From contig OZ219926.1 of NCBI GenBank assembly GCA_964291405.2, positions 2,464,001 through 2,528,000 of the forward strand: a stretch of DNA of 64,000 nt. The letters run 5' to 3'. Under the pieces are notes generated by a model. The model was not told the DNA's origin. It searched no databases and saw only the letters and a list, made by a program, of their open reading frames with translations. The translations under genes were made by a program, and so were the position numbers. Numbering within the stretch: position 1 is the stretch's first letter; each line of letters opens with the position of its first letter. Below, piece after piece: positions 10,521-22,916 of this stretch. Origin of the DNA: Thermodesulfobacteriota bacterium. GTDB taxonomy: Bacteria > Desulfobacterota > Binatia > Bin18.

Positions 10521-11173
10521 CGAATAGAACAATTTCTCGGGTTATTGGCATCCTGCGTCGCGCATCCGAGGGCTGGAACGCGCCTGTGGTGACGGAAATG
10601 GCGGGGTTTTCACGTGACCCCTACCAGGTGTTGATCGCCTGTCTCCTGAGTTTGCGGACCAAGGATGAAACAACCGGCCCGGCGGCCCGGCGGTTGTTTG
10701 CCCTGGCCGATACGCCTGAAAGAATGGTGACCCTGACAACCGCTCAGGTGAAGAAGGCGATTTATCCGGTTGGGTTTTATAAAACCAAAGCACAAACCGT
10801 ACTCGACGTCTCACAGCGGTTGCTCGATATCTATGCGGGTCGTGTCCCTGACGATATAGACGAACTCCTGACCTTTAAGGGCGTGGGCCGGAAAACCGCA
10901 AACTTGGTTGTGACCTTGGGCTTCCAGAAACCAGGCATCTGTGTAGACACGCACGTCCACCGCATCTCTAACCGTTGGGGCTATGTTGCAACGGAAAACC
11001 CGGAACAGACAGAAATGGCCCTGCGCGAAAGCCTGCCCAAGCGTTTCTGGATCGGCTATAACGACCTGCTGGTCGCGTTTGGACAAACCCTGTGTCATCC
11101 CACCTCACCCAAGTGCAGTGAGTGCCCGATTGAACGGTTTTGCGAAAAAATCGGAGTCGAGCGGAGTCGGTAA
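10517..11173 (+). CDS. nth: Endonuclease III
   Basis: LLSLRTKD, HhH GVGRKTANLV, VDTHVHR, 4Fe-4S C-x6-C-x2-C-x5-C. Confidence 0.95.
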   Translation: MTNRTISRVIGILRRASEGWNAPVVTEMAGFSRDPYQVLIACLLSLRTKDETTGPAARRLFALADTPERMVTLTTAQVKKAIYPVGFYKTKAQTVLDVSQRLLDIYAGRVPDDIDELLTFKGVGRKTANLVVTLGFQKPGICVDTHVHRISNRWGYVATENPEQTEMALRESLPKRFWIGYNDLLVAFGQTLCHPTSPKCSECPIERFCEKIGVERSR

Positions 11174-11179
11174 GCAGGG

Positions 11180-12457
11180 GTGGATCTGAAACCCATCACA
11201 ACCCGAACGAAACTGCTGTGGGTGGCCCTGCTGTATTTTGCCGAGGGTTTTCCATTCGGGCTGCTGTTCGACGCGTTTCCGGTGTATTTCCGGATACATG
11301 GGATGAGCCTGACGGAAATTGGTCTGCTGAGCGTGGTGGGCTTGCCGTGGACGCTGAAATTTCTGTGGGCTCCGTTGGTTGACATATGGGGGTCGCGGCG
11401 AAGCTGGATTGTGACCTGCCAGGGCCTGCTCGCTCTCGACCTGGGCTTACTCCTTTTTCTCGACCCAACCGCGAGCGGCAGTCTGGTCTGGGGCGGACTG
11501 ATTGTGCTTGCCGTACTGGCGGCAACCCAGGATATCGCCATTGACGCCTATACGATTGAACTCCTGGATCAAGAAGAAATGGGACCCGCCAATGGGCTCC
11601 GCGTGAGTACCTATCGGGTCGCACTGATCATTGCCGGGGGAGTGTTTGTTGGAGCGGCCGGTCTCGTCGGTTGGCAGGTGGCATTTCTGACTGCGGCTGG
11701 CCTCTTAGCCATCCTGGCACTGATCTCAAGCCACATGCCTCGGATTGCGCCGGGACCACAACGGGTGCCGGCGACGCAACCCTGGTCCACGGCGCTCGCC
11801 CATGGGTTCCTTAACCCGCTCACAAGCTTGTGGCGGCGGCCGGGTGTTATTGCGGTCCTTCTTTTTGTGTTGCTGTTCAAACTCGGGGACATGGCATTGG
11901 GGCCGATGGTCCGGCCGTTCTGGGTAGACCGGGAGTTTACCCCGCTCCAGATAGGCATCATTCCGGGAACCGTTGGCGTCGTCAGTACGATTCTCGGTGC
12001 GTTGCTCGGCGGTCGTCTGACAAAACAATGGGGACTTTTTCGCGCATTGTGGGTATTGGGCATTGCTCAAGCCAGCTCCAACCTGTTCTACGCCGTGACC
12101 GCCGCCCTCCCCCGTTCCGACCTGCTGATGTATTGCGCTTCGATTGTCGAGTCGTTTTGTGGCGGGTTGGGGACCGCGCCATTCTTAGCTTTTTTGATGA
12201 GTATCTGTGATAAACGCCAAGCCGCCACCCAGTACGCCCTGCTGAGCGCGCTCTTTGGCCTGGGGCGGTCGCTGTCAGGAGCCTTTTCCGGGGTACTCAC
12301 CCAGAGTATCGGCTATGCCACGTATTTCACCCTGACCTTTTTTCTGGCCTGGCCGGCTTTTGTCCTCTTGCCGTGGGTCCGTATGTGGATCGCTCAGGCA
12401 GAGGAGAACCAGTCTGCCCTCCAGACCAAAATAAGTCCTTCAGCCCAGGAAACGTGA
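11180..12457 (+). CDS. AmpG-like MFS muropeptide transporter
   Basis: LPWTLKFLWAPLVD, ATQDIAIDAY, ATQYALLSAL; about 12 TM. Confidence 0.85.
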   Translation: MDLKPITTRTKLLWVALLYFAEGFPFGLLFDAFPVYFRIHGMSLTEIGLLSVVGLPWTLKFLWAPLVDIWGSRRSWIVTCQGLLALDLGLLLFLDPTASGSLVWGGLIVLAVLAATQDIAIDAYTIELLDQEEMGPANGLRVSTYRVALIIAGGVFVGAAGLVGWQVAFLTAAGLLAILALISSHMPRIAPGPQRVPATQPWSTALAHGFLNPLTSLWRRPGVIAVLLFVLLFKLGDMALGPMVRPFWVDREFTPLQIGIIPGTVGVVSTILGALLGGRLTKQWGLFRALWVLGIAQASSNLFYAVTAALPRSDLLMYCASIVESFCGGLGTAPFLAFLMSICDKRQAATQYALLSALFGLGRSLSGAFSGVLTQSIGYATYFTLTFFLAWPAFVLLPWVRMWIAQAEENQSALQTKISPSAQET

Positions 12458-12480
12458 GCGATACGAGAGGCAGTTTTGCC

Positions 12481-13281
12481 CTAGAGCGTGTAGAAGGTGT
12501 AGCGCAGGGATACCCATACTCCGTGGCTCGACAGGTGGGCGCGTGTTTGACCCACATTGAGCGGAACCAGGACATCTCCGGCCCGATTAACGACCCGCGC
12601 GATTCCCTCGTCGGTTTCGACCGAGCCGGAATCCGTGTAGCGATACGCGAGATCAAGCGTCAGTCTATCGGTCAGTGATGTACCGACACCGGCCGTTAGC
12701 ATCCAGGCGAAATTGACCTGGTGTCCACCCGGAACGATAGTCCGCGTTCGCGTGAACTTCATGCGGGTTTTGCCGATATCGATATACGAAGCGCCGGCGC
12801 CACCACCGATGAATGGGCTGAACGGCCCGAGCCGCGGCAGACCCAACTGCGGCAGGTCCACATAGGCGGCAAACATGCCGGACAGGGAGGACACTCTTGC
12901 CGAGACCTCCTGCCGACCTTGAGTTTGCAAAAAGTTGGCGTGACCGGTGAGAGTGAATCTCGGACGGTATTGAACCAGCGCCTCAATTCGCAAGGCAGGC
13001 ATGACGGCGTGGCCGAGCCCGAGCTCGAAGCCGGCCGGTGCGCTGAAATCGCCGTGCGTGCTCAGGGGTGCTCCATCGTTCCCTGGCCCACAGCCATACA
13101 AGGCGTATATGGCTGGCGGGGAGTGGTTCACACAGTCCTTATCCTTGAACCGCGTGTCCTCAGACCAATCAAGACCGACCCCGGCCCGCACATAGACATC
13201 GTTCGCCCAAGCCCCGGCTCCGAAAAGCAAAGATATGGCTGCGGCGACCGCAAAAATCGTGTGGAGTTGCCACCCCTTCAT
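12481..13281 (-). CDS. Outer-membrane beta-barrel protein (opacity/OmpA-like membrane domain)
   Basis: Signal peptide AWA/N; PFIGGGAG, NFAWMLTAGVG, LDLAYRYTDSG, SLRYTF. Confidence 0.8.
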   Translation of the reverse strand: MKGWQLHTIFAVAAAISLLFGAGAWANDVYVRAGVGLDWSEDTRFKDKDCVNHSPPAIYALYGCGPGNDGAPLSTHGDFSAPAGFELGLGHAVMPALRIEALVQYRPRFTLTGHANFLQTQGRQEVSARVSSLSGMFAAYVDLPQLGLPRLGPFSPFIGGGAGASYIDIGKTRMKFTRTRTIVPGGHQVNFAWMLTAGVGTSLTDRLTLDLAYRYTDSGSVETDEGIARVVNRAGDVLVPLNVGQTRAHLSSHGVWVSLRYTFYTL

Positions 13282-13425
13282 GTACGCTTCCGAAACGCTT
13301 GCATCTGCAGGAAGTGTATAGCTATTGGGGGATACGTCAATTCACCTCCAATGGATATTGCGCCGGACAAGGGCGCGGCATAAGACAGGGGGGGTCGCTA
13401 AAACGTTCTTTGGACAGGAGACACT

Positions 13426-14451
13426 ATGGCAACCGACCATGAAACCTGGCTCACACTGACCTCAGAAGAAGCGCTTGATCCGGACCTCCCTATTTGCGAT
13501 CCCCATCATCATCTCTGGGACTATCCCAATAATCGATATTTGCTGGAAGAGTTGCTTCAAGACCTCGGAGGTGGGCATCGGGTGACTCAGACGATTTTTG
13601 TCGAGTGTGTGTCCATGTACCGCAAAGACGGTCCCGAAGAGATGAAGCCGGTCGGGGAGACCGAATTTGTGCAGGGTATTGCCGCCCAGAGTGCCAGTGG
13701 AAACTACGGGCCGACAGCGGTCGCCGCCGGCATTGTCAGCCTGGCCAACCTCGCTCTCGGTCCAGCGGTCGAACCGATCCTCGAAGCGCATATGGCAGCC
13801 AGCCGCAACCGGTTTCGTGGGATTCGACACGCGTCAAGCTGGCATACGCATGAGAAGATCAGGAATGCGCATACGCACCCGCCGGAAGGACTCCTGTTGG
13901 ACGCAACCTTCAGACAAGGATTTGCCTGTTTACACAAGCTTGGCCTGAGTTTTGACGCCTGGATGTATCATACCCAGCTTGCCGACCTGGTTGATCTGGC
14001 CCACGCGTTTCCTGATGCAACCATCATTCTGGATCATATTGGCGGACCGCTCGGTATTGGTCCGTATGCGGGCAAGCAGGACGAAGTCATGCAGGTCTGG
14101 AAAAAGGGCATGGCCGATCTCTCACACTGTCAGAATGTGGTGGTCAAGCTCGGTGGTGTCACCATGCCGATGTGTGGCTTCGGCTGGCACAAGTGGGAAA
14201 AACCGCCGACTTCGGAGGAAGTTGCTCGGGCCACCGCCCCGTATTACCTCTTTTGTATTGAGCAATTCGGCGTAGACCGTTGTATGTTCGAGAGTAATTT
14301 CCCGGTTGATAAAGCGTCGTGCTCTTACACAGTGCTGTGGAATTCGTTTAAGCGCATCGTCCAAGACTTCTCACCTGACGAGCGAGTGGCGCTCTTCCAT
14401 GATACGGCTGCGCGAGCCTATAAAATACAACCCGCCGCCCAACTCCTGTAG
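13426..14451 (+). CDS. Amidohydrolase_2 family protein
   Basis: ICDPHHHLW, FRGIRH, ILDHIG, RCMFESNFPVD. Confidence 0.9.
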   Translation: MATDHETWLTLTSEEALDPDLPICDPHHHLWDYPNNRYLLEELLQDLGGGHRVTQTIFVECVSMYRKDGPEEMKPVGETEFVQGIAAQSASGNYGPTAVAAGIVSLANLALGPAVEPILEAHMAASRNRFRGIRHASSWHTHEKIRNAHTHPPEGLLLDATFRQGFACLHKLGLSFDAWMYHTQLADLVDLAHAFPDATIILDHIGGPLGIGPYAGKQDEVMQVWKKGMADLSHCQNVVVKLGGVTMPMCGFGWHKWEKPPTSEEVARATAPYYLFCIEQFGVDRCMFESNFPVDKASCSYTVLWNSFKRIVQDFSPDERVALFHDTAARAYKIQPAAQLL

Positions 14452-14457
14452 CGGCTC

Positions 14458-15246
14458 TCAGGCCGCTCCCGGCAGGGCCTGGTAAAAGCCATTGGTCTGA
14501 ACCAGCTCGACCGGTGTTTCAAACAGAGCACTGAGCCGTGGGCTGGTGAGGATCTCTTTCTTTTCGCCGTCCGCGATAACCTTGCCCTGTTTCAACAGGA
14601 CAACGCGTGAGACCTCTGGTGGTATTTCGTGAATGTGGTGGGTCACCAGAGCTACCGTCTTACCGGCCTGCATCAGATGCCGAATGGTTGCTATGTATTG
14701 AAAACACGCTTGCAGGTCGAGGCCGCTGGTGGGTTCGTCCAAGACCAGGGTTTCAGGATCGTTAATCAGCGCTCGTCCCAGGAGAAAGCGCCGCTGCTCA
14801 CCCGTAGACATGGTCGCATAGGTTTTCTCTTGCAGCGTGCTGATCCCGAGGGTGTCCAGGACTTTTTGCGCGCGCGCCGTATCGTCGTCACTAAAGCTGT
14901 GGTGCCAGGCGATATCTATGCTCGAATAGAAGCCCGATAAAATAATATTCAACCCGCGGGCATTACCGACATACTGTTGCTGCAAATCGTGGGACACCAG
15001 GCCAAAGCGGGAGCGCAGTTCCCACACATCCCAGCGCTCCTGCCCATACAAACGTACGTAGCTCTCTGCTTGGGCAACCGGATAGAGGTCGCGAGACAGG
15101 AGTTTGAGCAAGGTTGATTTACCTGCGCCATTAGGGCCAAGGATGACCGTGTTTTGGCCCTCGGTCAGGTCGAGGGAGAAATTCTCGAACACGCAGGTTT
15201 GACCACGATAGACGGTTGCATTTTTTATCTCGATAATTTTTTGCAT
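14458..15246 (-). CDS. ABC ATPase (ModF-like)
   Basis: GPNGAGKST, MSTGEQRR, LVLDEP, VTHH. Confidence 0.9.
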   Translation of the reverse strand: MQKIIEIKNATVYRGQTCVFENFSLDLTEGQNTVILGPNGAGKSTLLKLLSRDLYPVAQAESYVRLYGQERWDVWELRSRFGLVSHDLQQQYVGNARGLNIILSGFYSSIDIAWHHSFSDDDTARAQKVLDTLGISTLQEKTYATMSTGEQRRFLLGRALINDPETLVLDEPTSGLDLQACFQYIATIRHLMQAGKTVALVTHHIHEIPPEVSRVVLLKQGKVIADGEKKEILTSPRLSALFETPVELVQTNGFYQALPGAA

Positions 15247-15327
15247 AGAGTTTTCCAGACGGATGCGCAAATGCCTACTAGCTCATCAGGCGGCATAAAT
15301 GAGAAACGGCTCGTACGCAAGGGCAAT

Positions 15328-15669
15328 CTATTCGAGTCGTATCCAGAGGCAGTCCACTCCATCCAGAAACATGTGAATGACCAGTCCCAGGGCGATCAGT
15401 CTCAGCCAGTTTACCCGGGGGATCACGAGCAGGAGCAGATAGACTGCAATGGCCGGGTAGGAATGGAGCGGATGAAAGCCGATGCCACAGCGATTCGGGT
15501 CGTAAATGGGGTCGGCGAGCAGATGATCAATATCAACGATCATCGTTCCGAGCATGATCAGGAAAGCCCACCGCCAGCGATCACCATAGAATGTCCGGGC
15601 GACCAGCGCCGGAACAGCGAAATGGAGAATCATATGAATAAGCGGACGCATGGCGTTGAGGAGACTCAT
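15328..15669 (-). CDS. Small membrane protein, DUF6122-like
   Basis: MIVDIDHLLADPIYDPNRCGIGFHPLHS motif. Confidence 0.75.
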   Translation of the reverse strand: MSLLNAMRPLIHMILHFAVPALVARTFYGDRWRWAFLIMLGTMIVDIDHLLADPIYDPNRCGIGFHPLHSYPAIAVYLLLLVIPRVNWLRLIALGLVIHMFLDGVDCLWIRLE

Positions 15670-15722
15670 ACAGCGGAGAATAGCGTATAGCGTATCGGCG
15701 CTGAGTCTCTAAGCAGAAGGAA

Positions 15723-16826
15723 CTAGGATTTCCCGAGCTTGAGATAGGGACGCGGGGAGTACGGCTCTCTGGCCCCTCGGGTCGCTAGGTCCTGGAGCAG
15801 GGCGTCGCCGAGAATAAGGGCCAGCATGGCCTCGGCCATTGGCACGCCGCGAATGGCAACACAGGGGTCGTGTCTGCCCTTGGTGCTGATTGTCCTGGGC
15901 TGTAACTGCGTGTTGAGCGTCTGTTGCTCGCGGGGTATCGAAGACGTCGGTTTCACCACGACACGAGCCACAATAGGTGCGCCAGACGAAATGCCGCCCA
16001 GAATACCGCCATGATTATTGCTGCGAAAACCATCAACGTCCATTTCGTCGTTCATCTCACTGCCCCGCATGGCCGCGGCGGCAAAACCAGCTCCAATCTC
16101 TACGCCCTTTACTGCGGGAAGAGACATGAGAGCGCTCACAATGGCGGAGTCAAGTTTACCAAAGACCGGCTCGCCCAGACCGGGCGGAACGCCGGTGGCG
16201 ACCACCTCAATAATTCCGCCAACCGAATCACGATCTTTTCGAGCCTGTTCGACTTCCTCGCGCATGGCCGATACAGTGTCCGGGTCAACGCTGCGCAGTT
16301 CATTCCGTTCCACCTGTTCCCACACATAGCGCTGCGCTCGAACGCGGCCGACTTGGACGACACCACCAACTATCGCTATACCAAATTTCGCGAGGAGCTG
16401 TTTTGCCAGGGCCCCGGCAATCACGCGACCCACCGACTCGCGGGCTGATGCCCTCCCCCCACCACGATAATCGCGATGGCCGTATTTGGCAAAATACGTA
16501 AAGTCTGCGTGGCCGGGACGAAAGAGGTCTTTGATATCCGCATAGTCTTTTGAGCGGGTGTCTTCGTTGAAGACCATGATCATCATGGGTGTCCCGGTGG
16601 TTTTGCCTTCATAGACGCCAGAGAAAATTTCAAACTGTTCTCTTTCTTGACGCTGTGTCACTAGCTTGGACTGGCCAGGCCGGCGCCGTTGCAGCTCGGT
16701 ATGAATACCGGCCTCATCGATCTCGAAGTCAGCCGGAAAACCATCGATCACGACGCCGACCGCCCTGCCATGGCTCTCACCAAAGGTTGTGACGCGCAAG
16801 CTGGTGCCGAAAGTATTGCCTGTCAT
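15723..16826 (-). CDS. aroC: Chorismate synthase
   Basis: TTFGESHG, RPGHAD, GGRASARE, GRHDPC. Confidence 0.97.
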   Translation of the reverse strand: MTGNTFGTSLRVTTFGESHGRAVGVVIDGFPADFEIDEAGIHTELQRRRPGQSKLVTQRQEREQFEIFSGVYEGKTTGTPMMIMVFNEDTRSKDYADIKDLFRPGHADFTYFAKYGHRDYRGGGRASARESVGRVIAGALAKQLLAKFGIAIVGGVVQVGRVRAQRYVWEQVERNELRSVDPDTVSAMREEVEQARKDRDSVGGIIEVVATGVPPGLGEPVFGKLDSAIVSALMSLPAVKGVEIGAGFAAAAMRGSEMNDEMDVDGFRSNNHGGILGGISSGAPIVARVVVKPTSSIPREQQTLNTQLQPRTISTKGRHDPCVAIRGVPMAEAMLALILGDALLQDLATRGAREPYSPRPYLKLGKS

Positions 16827-16906
16827 CGATTCACCTTAAAAGAGACGAATATTTCTTCTTCAGCACGCCTCTCATCACAGGTGATACTACCACGTGTGCC
16901 GCAACG

Positions 16907-16933
16907 AAAAAGGGGCCGATCCATCGGCCCCTT
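16907..16933 (-). terminator. Intrinsic terminator after atpC
   Basis: AAGGGGCCGAT-GG-ATCGGCCCCTT followed by T run on - strand. Confidence 0.8.
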
Positions 16934-16969
16934 GTCGAACATACAGCGTTTGAGTGAAGTTGGGCGGTT

Positions 16970-17377
16970 TTATCCGTTAGACGCCACATCCAAACGGGCC
17001 TGAGCAAGACGGAGCGTATTTTGCGCGTCCTCAAAGCTGGCGTCGGTTGGCGAAAGATTGCCGAGGGCGGCTTCTGCCTCGCGAATCGCCTCCTGTGCTT
17101 GCGCCGCGTCAATTTCGTTGGCGTATGCGGCCTCCGTACACAGGACGGTCATCAGGTTGTCCACCACCTCAGCGAAGCCGTCACTCACCGCTAATGACCG
17201 GGTTTGTCCGTTTTGCTTATAGGATAAGCGCCCAGGCTGGAGAGAAGACAGAAACGTGGCGTGGTCGGGGAATACGCCAAACTCCCCTACTGTGCCAGGA
17301 GCGGTGACTTCATCGACCTCCTCGTCAAGCAGGAGCCGCTCTGGGGTGACTAAACGCAGACGCAGGATATCGGCCAT
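16970..17377 (-). CDS. atpC: ATP synthase F1 epsilon
   Basis: LVTPER..GEFGVFPDHA..GFAEV; operon position. Confidence 0.95.
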   Translation of the reverse strand: MADILRLRLVTPERLLLDEEVDEVTAPGTVGEFGVFPDHATFLSSLQPGRLSYKQNGQTRSLAVSDGFAEVVDNLMTVLCTEAAYANEIDAAQAQEAIREAEAALGNLSPTDASFEDAQNTLRLAQARLDVASNG

Positions 17378-17391
17378 AATACTCGTCTTGC

Positions 17392-18846
<1,455 letters not shown>

Positions 18847-19707
18847 TCATCCCTTCAACGATTCGCCAGTCGCAACGATCTCTAATAATTCTCGTGTAAT
18901 CCCGGCTTGACGAGCCCGGTTCATATCCAAGGTCAGGCGGTCAATCATTTCAACGGCGTTAGTGGTCGCATTATCCATAGCCGTCATCCGCGCCCCGTGC
19001 TCGCTCGCAACCGATTCCAGCATGGCCCGATAGATCAGCATGTCGATGTAGCGTTCTAACAGGCTGGCTAATAAGGTCTGTGGAGCGGGTTCATACAGAT
19101 AATCCAAAGCGCTCTGGTCTTCCGTCTGCTGCGTTGACGCAACGGGGAGAATTTTATCCAGGGTCGGGACCTGAACAAGAGCCGACCGAAACTTGGCGTA
19201 CAAGACATAAAAGCTGTCGGTCTCCCCACTCAGGAACTGCTCGCCAACCCGCCGGCCAATATCGTGGGCCAGGTCTGCGGACAACCGCCCGTACAGATTG
19301 ATATGCTCCTCCGCAATGGTGACGTCTCGACGCTTAAAATGGTCATAGGCGCGGCGGCCGACAAGAATCAGACTCACTTTTTGTTCGGAGCGTTGACGCA
19401 TGAAGGCTTCGGCTTCACGGATTAAAGAAGAGTTAAACCCGCCGCACAGCCCGCGATCAGAAGTCATCACAATTAGTGTGATATTGTTTTCTGCGCGTTC
19501 GGTGAGAAAGGGGTGGGCGAGTTCCTCTCCTTGGGCTGCCAGGTTCTGCAAGACGGCTTCCAGCTTCTCCGCGTAGGGACGCGCGGCCAGCGCAGCTTCC
19601 TGCGCCCGTCGCAGCCGCGCCGCTGAGACCATCTTCATGGCCTTGGTAATCTGCTGGATATTTTGGACGGACGAGACGCGTTTCCGGATTTCTTTCAGAG
19701 TCGCCAT
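18847..19707 (-). CDS. atpG: ATP synthase F1 gamma
   Basis: QITKAMKMVS, SDRGLCG, SEHGARMTAM, RQAGITRE. Confidence 0.98.
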   Translation of the reverse strand: MATLKEIRKRVSSVQNIQQITKAMKMVSAARLRRAQEAALAARPYAEKLEAVLQNLAAQGEELAHPFLTERAENNITLIVMTSDRGLCGGFNSSLIREAEAFMRQRSEQKVSLILVGRRAYDHFKRRDVTIAEEHINLYGRLSADLAHDIGRRVGEQFLSGETDSFYVLYAKFRSALVQVPTLDKILPVASTQQTEDQSALDYLYEPAPQTLLASLLERYIDMLIYRAMLESVASEHGARMTAMDNATTNAVEMIDRLTLDMNRARQAGITRELLEIVATGESLKG

Positions 19708-19714
19708 AGTTCAA

Positions 19715-21223
19715 CTATACGGAAAAGCTCCCGTTGAATTCCTTTATCACGGTGTCCAGCCGTCCGGTGAGATCGTCGTCCAGCGCTCCCCTAGCGAGAA
19801 TATCAGCGTAGATGTCAGGGTGAGTATTCTCGATGAAGCGGGCGAGTTCCGGCTCATACTGGGCAATCGCCGTGTCGGGAATATCGTCCAGGTGGCCATT
19901 GGTACCGGCGTAAATAATGGCAATTTGGCGTTCGACCGGAAGCGGCTCGTACTGTCCCTGTTTGAGGACCTCAACCAGGCGCGTGCCGCGGGCCAACATC
20001 CGCTGTGTGGCCACATCCAGGTCAGACCCGAATTGGGCAAAGGCCGCCATCTCACGATACTGCGCCAGGTCAAGGCGTAGCGACCCGGCGACCTGTTTCA
20101 TGGCCTTGATTTGCGCATTGCCACCTACCCGGGAGACCGAGATACCAACGTTGACCGCTGGCCGTACGCCGGAGAAGAAGAGATCTGACTCCAGGAAGAT
20201 CTGTCCGTCGGTAATGGAAATAACGTTGGTCGGAATATAGGCCGAGACGTCGCCGGCCTGGGTTTCAATCACTGGCAGGGCGGTCAACGATCCGCCGCCC
20301 TGAGCGTCACTCATTTTTGCGGCGCGTTCCAACAAGCGGGAATGGAGATAGAACACATCACCGGGAAAGGCTTCACGACCGGGCGGGCGGCGCAGCAGAA
20401 GGGAAAGCTGGCGGTAGGCAACGGCGTGCTTTGACAGGTCGTCATAGACCACTAGGGCGTGCTGCCCGTTATCGCGGAAGTATTCGCCAATGGCAGTCCC
20501 AGAGTAAGGCGCAATAAATTGTAGCGGCGCTGCATCGGAGGCGGACGCGACCACAATGGTCGTATAATCCATTGCTCCGGCCCGGGTCAGTCGCTCCACG
20601 ACCTGAGCAATGGTTGACTGCTTCTGGCCAATGGCGACATAGATACAGGAAACATCGCCACCTTTCTGATTGATAATCGTATCGATAATGATGGCGGTTT
20701 TTCCGGTTTGGCGGTCACCGATAATCAGCTCCCGTTGTCCGCGACCAATCGGGATCATGGAATCAATCGCCTTGATCCCGGTTTGCAACGGTTCCGTGAC
20801 CGGTTGACGGAGGACGATACCCGGCGCTTTGACTTCGATGCGACGCGTTTCCGTTGTTGAAATAGGACCTTTGCCGTCAAGCGGTTGGCCCAAGGAGTTG
20901 ACCACGCGACCCCGCATGGCATCGCCAACAGGAACCTCGGCAATGCGCCCGGTGCGGCGGACCTCGTCGCCTTCTTTAATCGACTGAACCTCACCAAAGA
21001 CGGCAGCACCGACGTTGTCCTCTTCAAGGTTCAGCGCCAGACCATACAAATCGCCCGGAAACTGGAGCAGCTCCCCCGAGGCGACTCGGTCGAGACCGTG
21101 AATGCGAGCGATCCCATCTCCAGCTGAGAGTACGGTGCCTGTCTCGCGTTGCTCAACTTGTTGGTCGTAGCCTTGGATCTGTTGCTTGATGATTTCGCTG
21201 ATTTCAGCGGCGCGTAGTTCCAT
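19715..21223 (-). CDS. atpA: ATP synthase F1 alpha
   Basis: [39 protein letters not shown]. Confidence 0.99.
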   Translation of the reverse strand: MELRAAEISEIIKQQIQGYDQQVEQRETGTVLSAGDGIARIHGLDRVASGELLQFPGDLYGLALNLEEDNVGAAVFGEVQSIKEGDEVRRTGRIAEVPVGDAMRGRVVNSLGQPLDGKGPISTTETRRIEVKAPGIVLRQPVTEPLQTGIKAIDSMIPIGRGQRELIIGDRQTGKTAIIIDTIINQKGGDVSCIYVAIGQKQSTIAQVVERLTRAGAMDYTTIVVASASDAAPLQFIAPYSGTAIGEYFRDNGQHALVVYDDLSKHAVAYRQLSLLLRRPPGREAFPGDVFYLHSRLLERAAKMSDAQGGGSLTALPVIETQAGDVSAYIPTNVISITDGQIFLESDLFFSGVRPAVNVGISVSRVGGNAQIKAMKQVAGSLRLDLAQYREMAAFAQFGSDLDVATQRMLARGTRLVEVLKQGQYEPLPVERQIAIIYAGTNGHLDDIPDTAIAQYEPELARFIENTHPDIYADILARGALDDDLTGRLDTVIKEFNGSFSV

Positions 21224-21268
21224 TCGTTCCTCTCGCAATATTTAATATTATCCTGTAAATTCAAACAC

Positions 21269-21811
21269 TTATGTCTGTTGTGCTAATTGATCGCCTAGCC
21301 GGGCAAGCTGTGTTTTGAGGCTGGCATCATACACCCGACCTTCCACCTCAACGACAACGCCACCTAAGAGTGTCGCGTCTGTCTCAAATGTAGGTTCGAC
21401 CGTCTTCTCCGTGAGTTGGCTGAATGTATTCACAAGAAGCAACTTTTCCTCTTCCTCCAACTCGACCGCCGAGCGAACCCGCGCACGAACCCGCCCCAAA
21501 GCTTTATCAAGCAGTTGTTGGTATGCCTCGTTAATCGCGCCGATGTCCTGGAGTCGGTCACTGTCCGCAAGGACGCGCAGAAACTTCTCAACAATCTCGT
21601 GTGGAGAGCCTTGGGCTACCAACTGGGCTACCATGTGCTGGCGTACGCTGGTCGGAAGCGCCGGAAGTGCAAGTATTTTTGCCAACTCTGGATCGGTAAA
21701 GAACTCGGCGACCTGGCCGAGCTGAGTTCCGATCGTTTCTCCTTCCCCCTGCTCTTGCGCGAGACTCAGGAGGGCTTTGGCATACCGTCTAGCTGCCTGT
21801 GTTCTCGGCAC
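21269..21811 (-). CDS. atpH: ATP synthase delta
   Basis: ARRYAKAL..LLGGVVV..YDASLKTQL. Confidence 0.93.
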   Translation of the reverse strand: MPRTQAARRYAKALLSLAQEQGEGETIGTQLGQVAEFFTDPELAKILALPALPTSVRQHMVAQLVAQGSPHEIVEKFLRVLADSDRLQDIGAINEAYQQLLDKALGRVRARVRSAVELEEEEKLLLVNTFSQLTEKTVEPTFETDATLLGGVVVEVEGRVYDASLKTQLARLGDQLAQQT

Positions 21812-22388
21812 TCCTCACCTCTTGAACCAGTTGTTCCACGAGTCGGTAGTTATCACCTCTCGTCACGCTTTTTTGGATCAGTTCGGTCGCAATCGCTACG
21901 GCCTGTGTTGCGACTTCTTGTCGAAGGAGACGCCGTGCCTCCTCAACCTCACGTTGGGCAATAAGTTGTGCCTCAGTCTTCGCCCTCTCTGCCATCTGTT
22001 GGGCCTCTTCCATCAGGCGCTGGCGCTCGCGTTCGGCTGCCTCAACGGCCTGACTCCGTAATTCTTCTTCCTCGGCGGCGAGGTTGGCCAGCCTGGTATC
22101 ATACTCTTGGCGCAGTGTATCGGCTTCCTCCTTGGCCCTTTTTGCTTCCTCAAGCGCTTGAACGACAGTCTCGTGGCGCTCTTTGAGCTTGCGGCGAATA
22201 AGGTCTCGGGTGAATCTCCGGATGACAAAGGCAAAAATAAGAAAATTAATGGCAAAAAAGCCTAAAGTGAGGAGAGAAGAGCCACCCCCATGCGCGTCAC
22301 TTGCGGCCCACGACAGGTCGGAACAGGAAAGAGAGAGAAAAAGGCTGCTGAGGGTGAAACCTAGGAGGGGAAGTATACGTTGTACCAT
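21789..22388 (-). CDS. atpF: ATP synthase F0 subunit b
   Basis: INFLIF TM then coiled coil; operon position. Confidence 0.88.
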   Translation of the reverse strand: MVQRILPLLGFTLSSLFLSLSCSDLSWAASDAHGGGSSLLTLGFFAINFLIFAFVIRRFTRDLIRRKLKERHETVVQALEEAKRAKEEADTLRQEYDTRLANLAAEEEELRSQAVEAAERERQRLMEEAQQMAERAKTEAQLIAQREVEEARRLLRQEVATQAVAIATELIQKSVTRGDNYRLVEQLVQEVRSAENTGS

Positions 22389-22389
22389 A

Positions 22390-22824
22390 CTAGGAGAGGG
22401 GTCTTTCCAAGAGTTTTTCGCTTATTTCATCGGCAAATTGACCAACCTGCGCTTCAAGGCTTTGGCGGGTGCGCTGTATATCCTCAGAGAGGCTGGCTCG
22501 GACGTTGGCAATGGATTGTTCGGCTTCTTTCCGTGCTGCCTCAACCACTGAACGCGCTTGGTCTTCCGCGTCTTTATAGATAGCGTCGACACGCTGCCGT
22601 GCTTCTGCCCGGGAGGTGGCGAGTCGGGTTTGATACTGTTTGTCCATGGCTTGGGCTTCTGCCTTAACCGTCACCGCTTCTCGCATTGCCCCCTCCGTCC
22701 GCTGTGCCCGCGTTTTGAGTACCGCAAGGTTGGGTTCGAACAGAAAACGGCGTAAACAGACCCAAACAATAAGAAAAAGAATGATTTGGGCTATAAAGGT
22801 CCAGTCTGGCGGGAAAGAAAGCAC
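22390..22824 (-). CDS. ATP synthase F0 subunit b'
   Basis: PDWTFIAQIILFL..LFEP then coiled coil; tandem b'/b. Confidence 0.85.
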   Translation of the reverse strand: MLSFPPDWTFIAQIILFLIVWVCLRRFLFEPNLAVLKTRAQRTEGAMREAVTVKAEAQAMDKQYQTRLATSRAEARQRVDAIYKDAEDQARSVVEAARKEAEQSIANVRASLSEDIQRTRQSLEAQVGQFADEISEKLLERPLS

Positions 22825-22916
22825 TAAAAAAGGTCTCCTATCAATAGAAATTCAAAGTCAAAACTGGATCAAATGCCATGTAGAGGAACAATAGGGATTT
22901 TGCGCTCCTTTTCTTT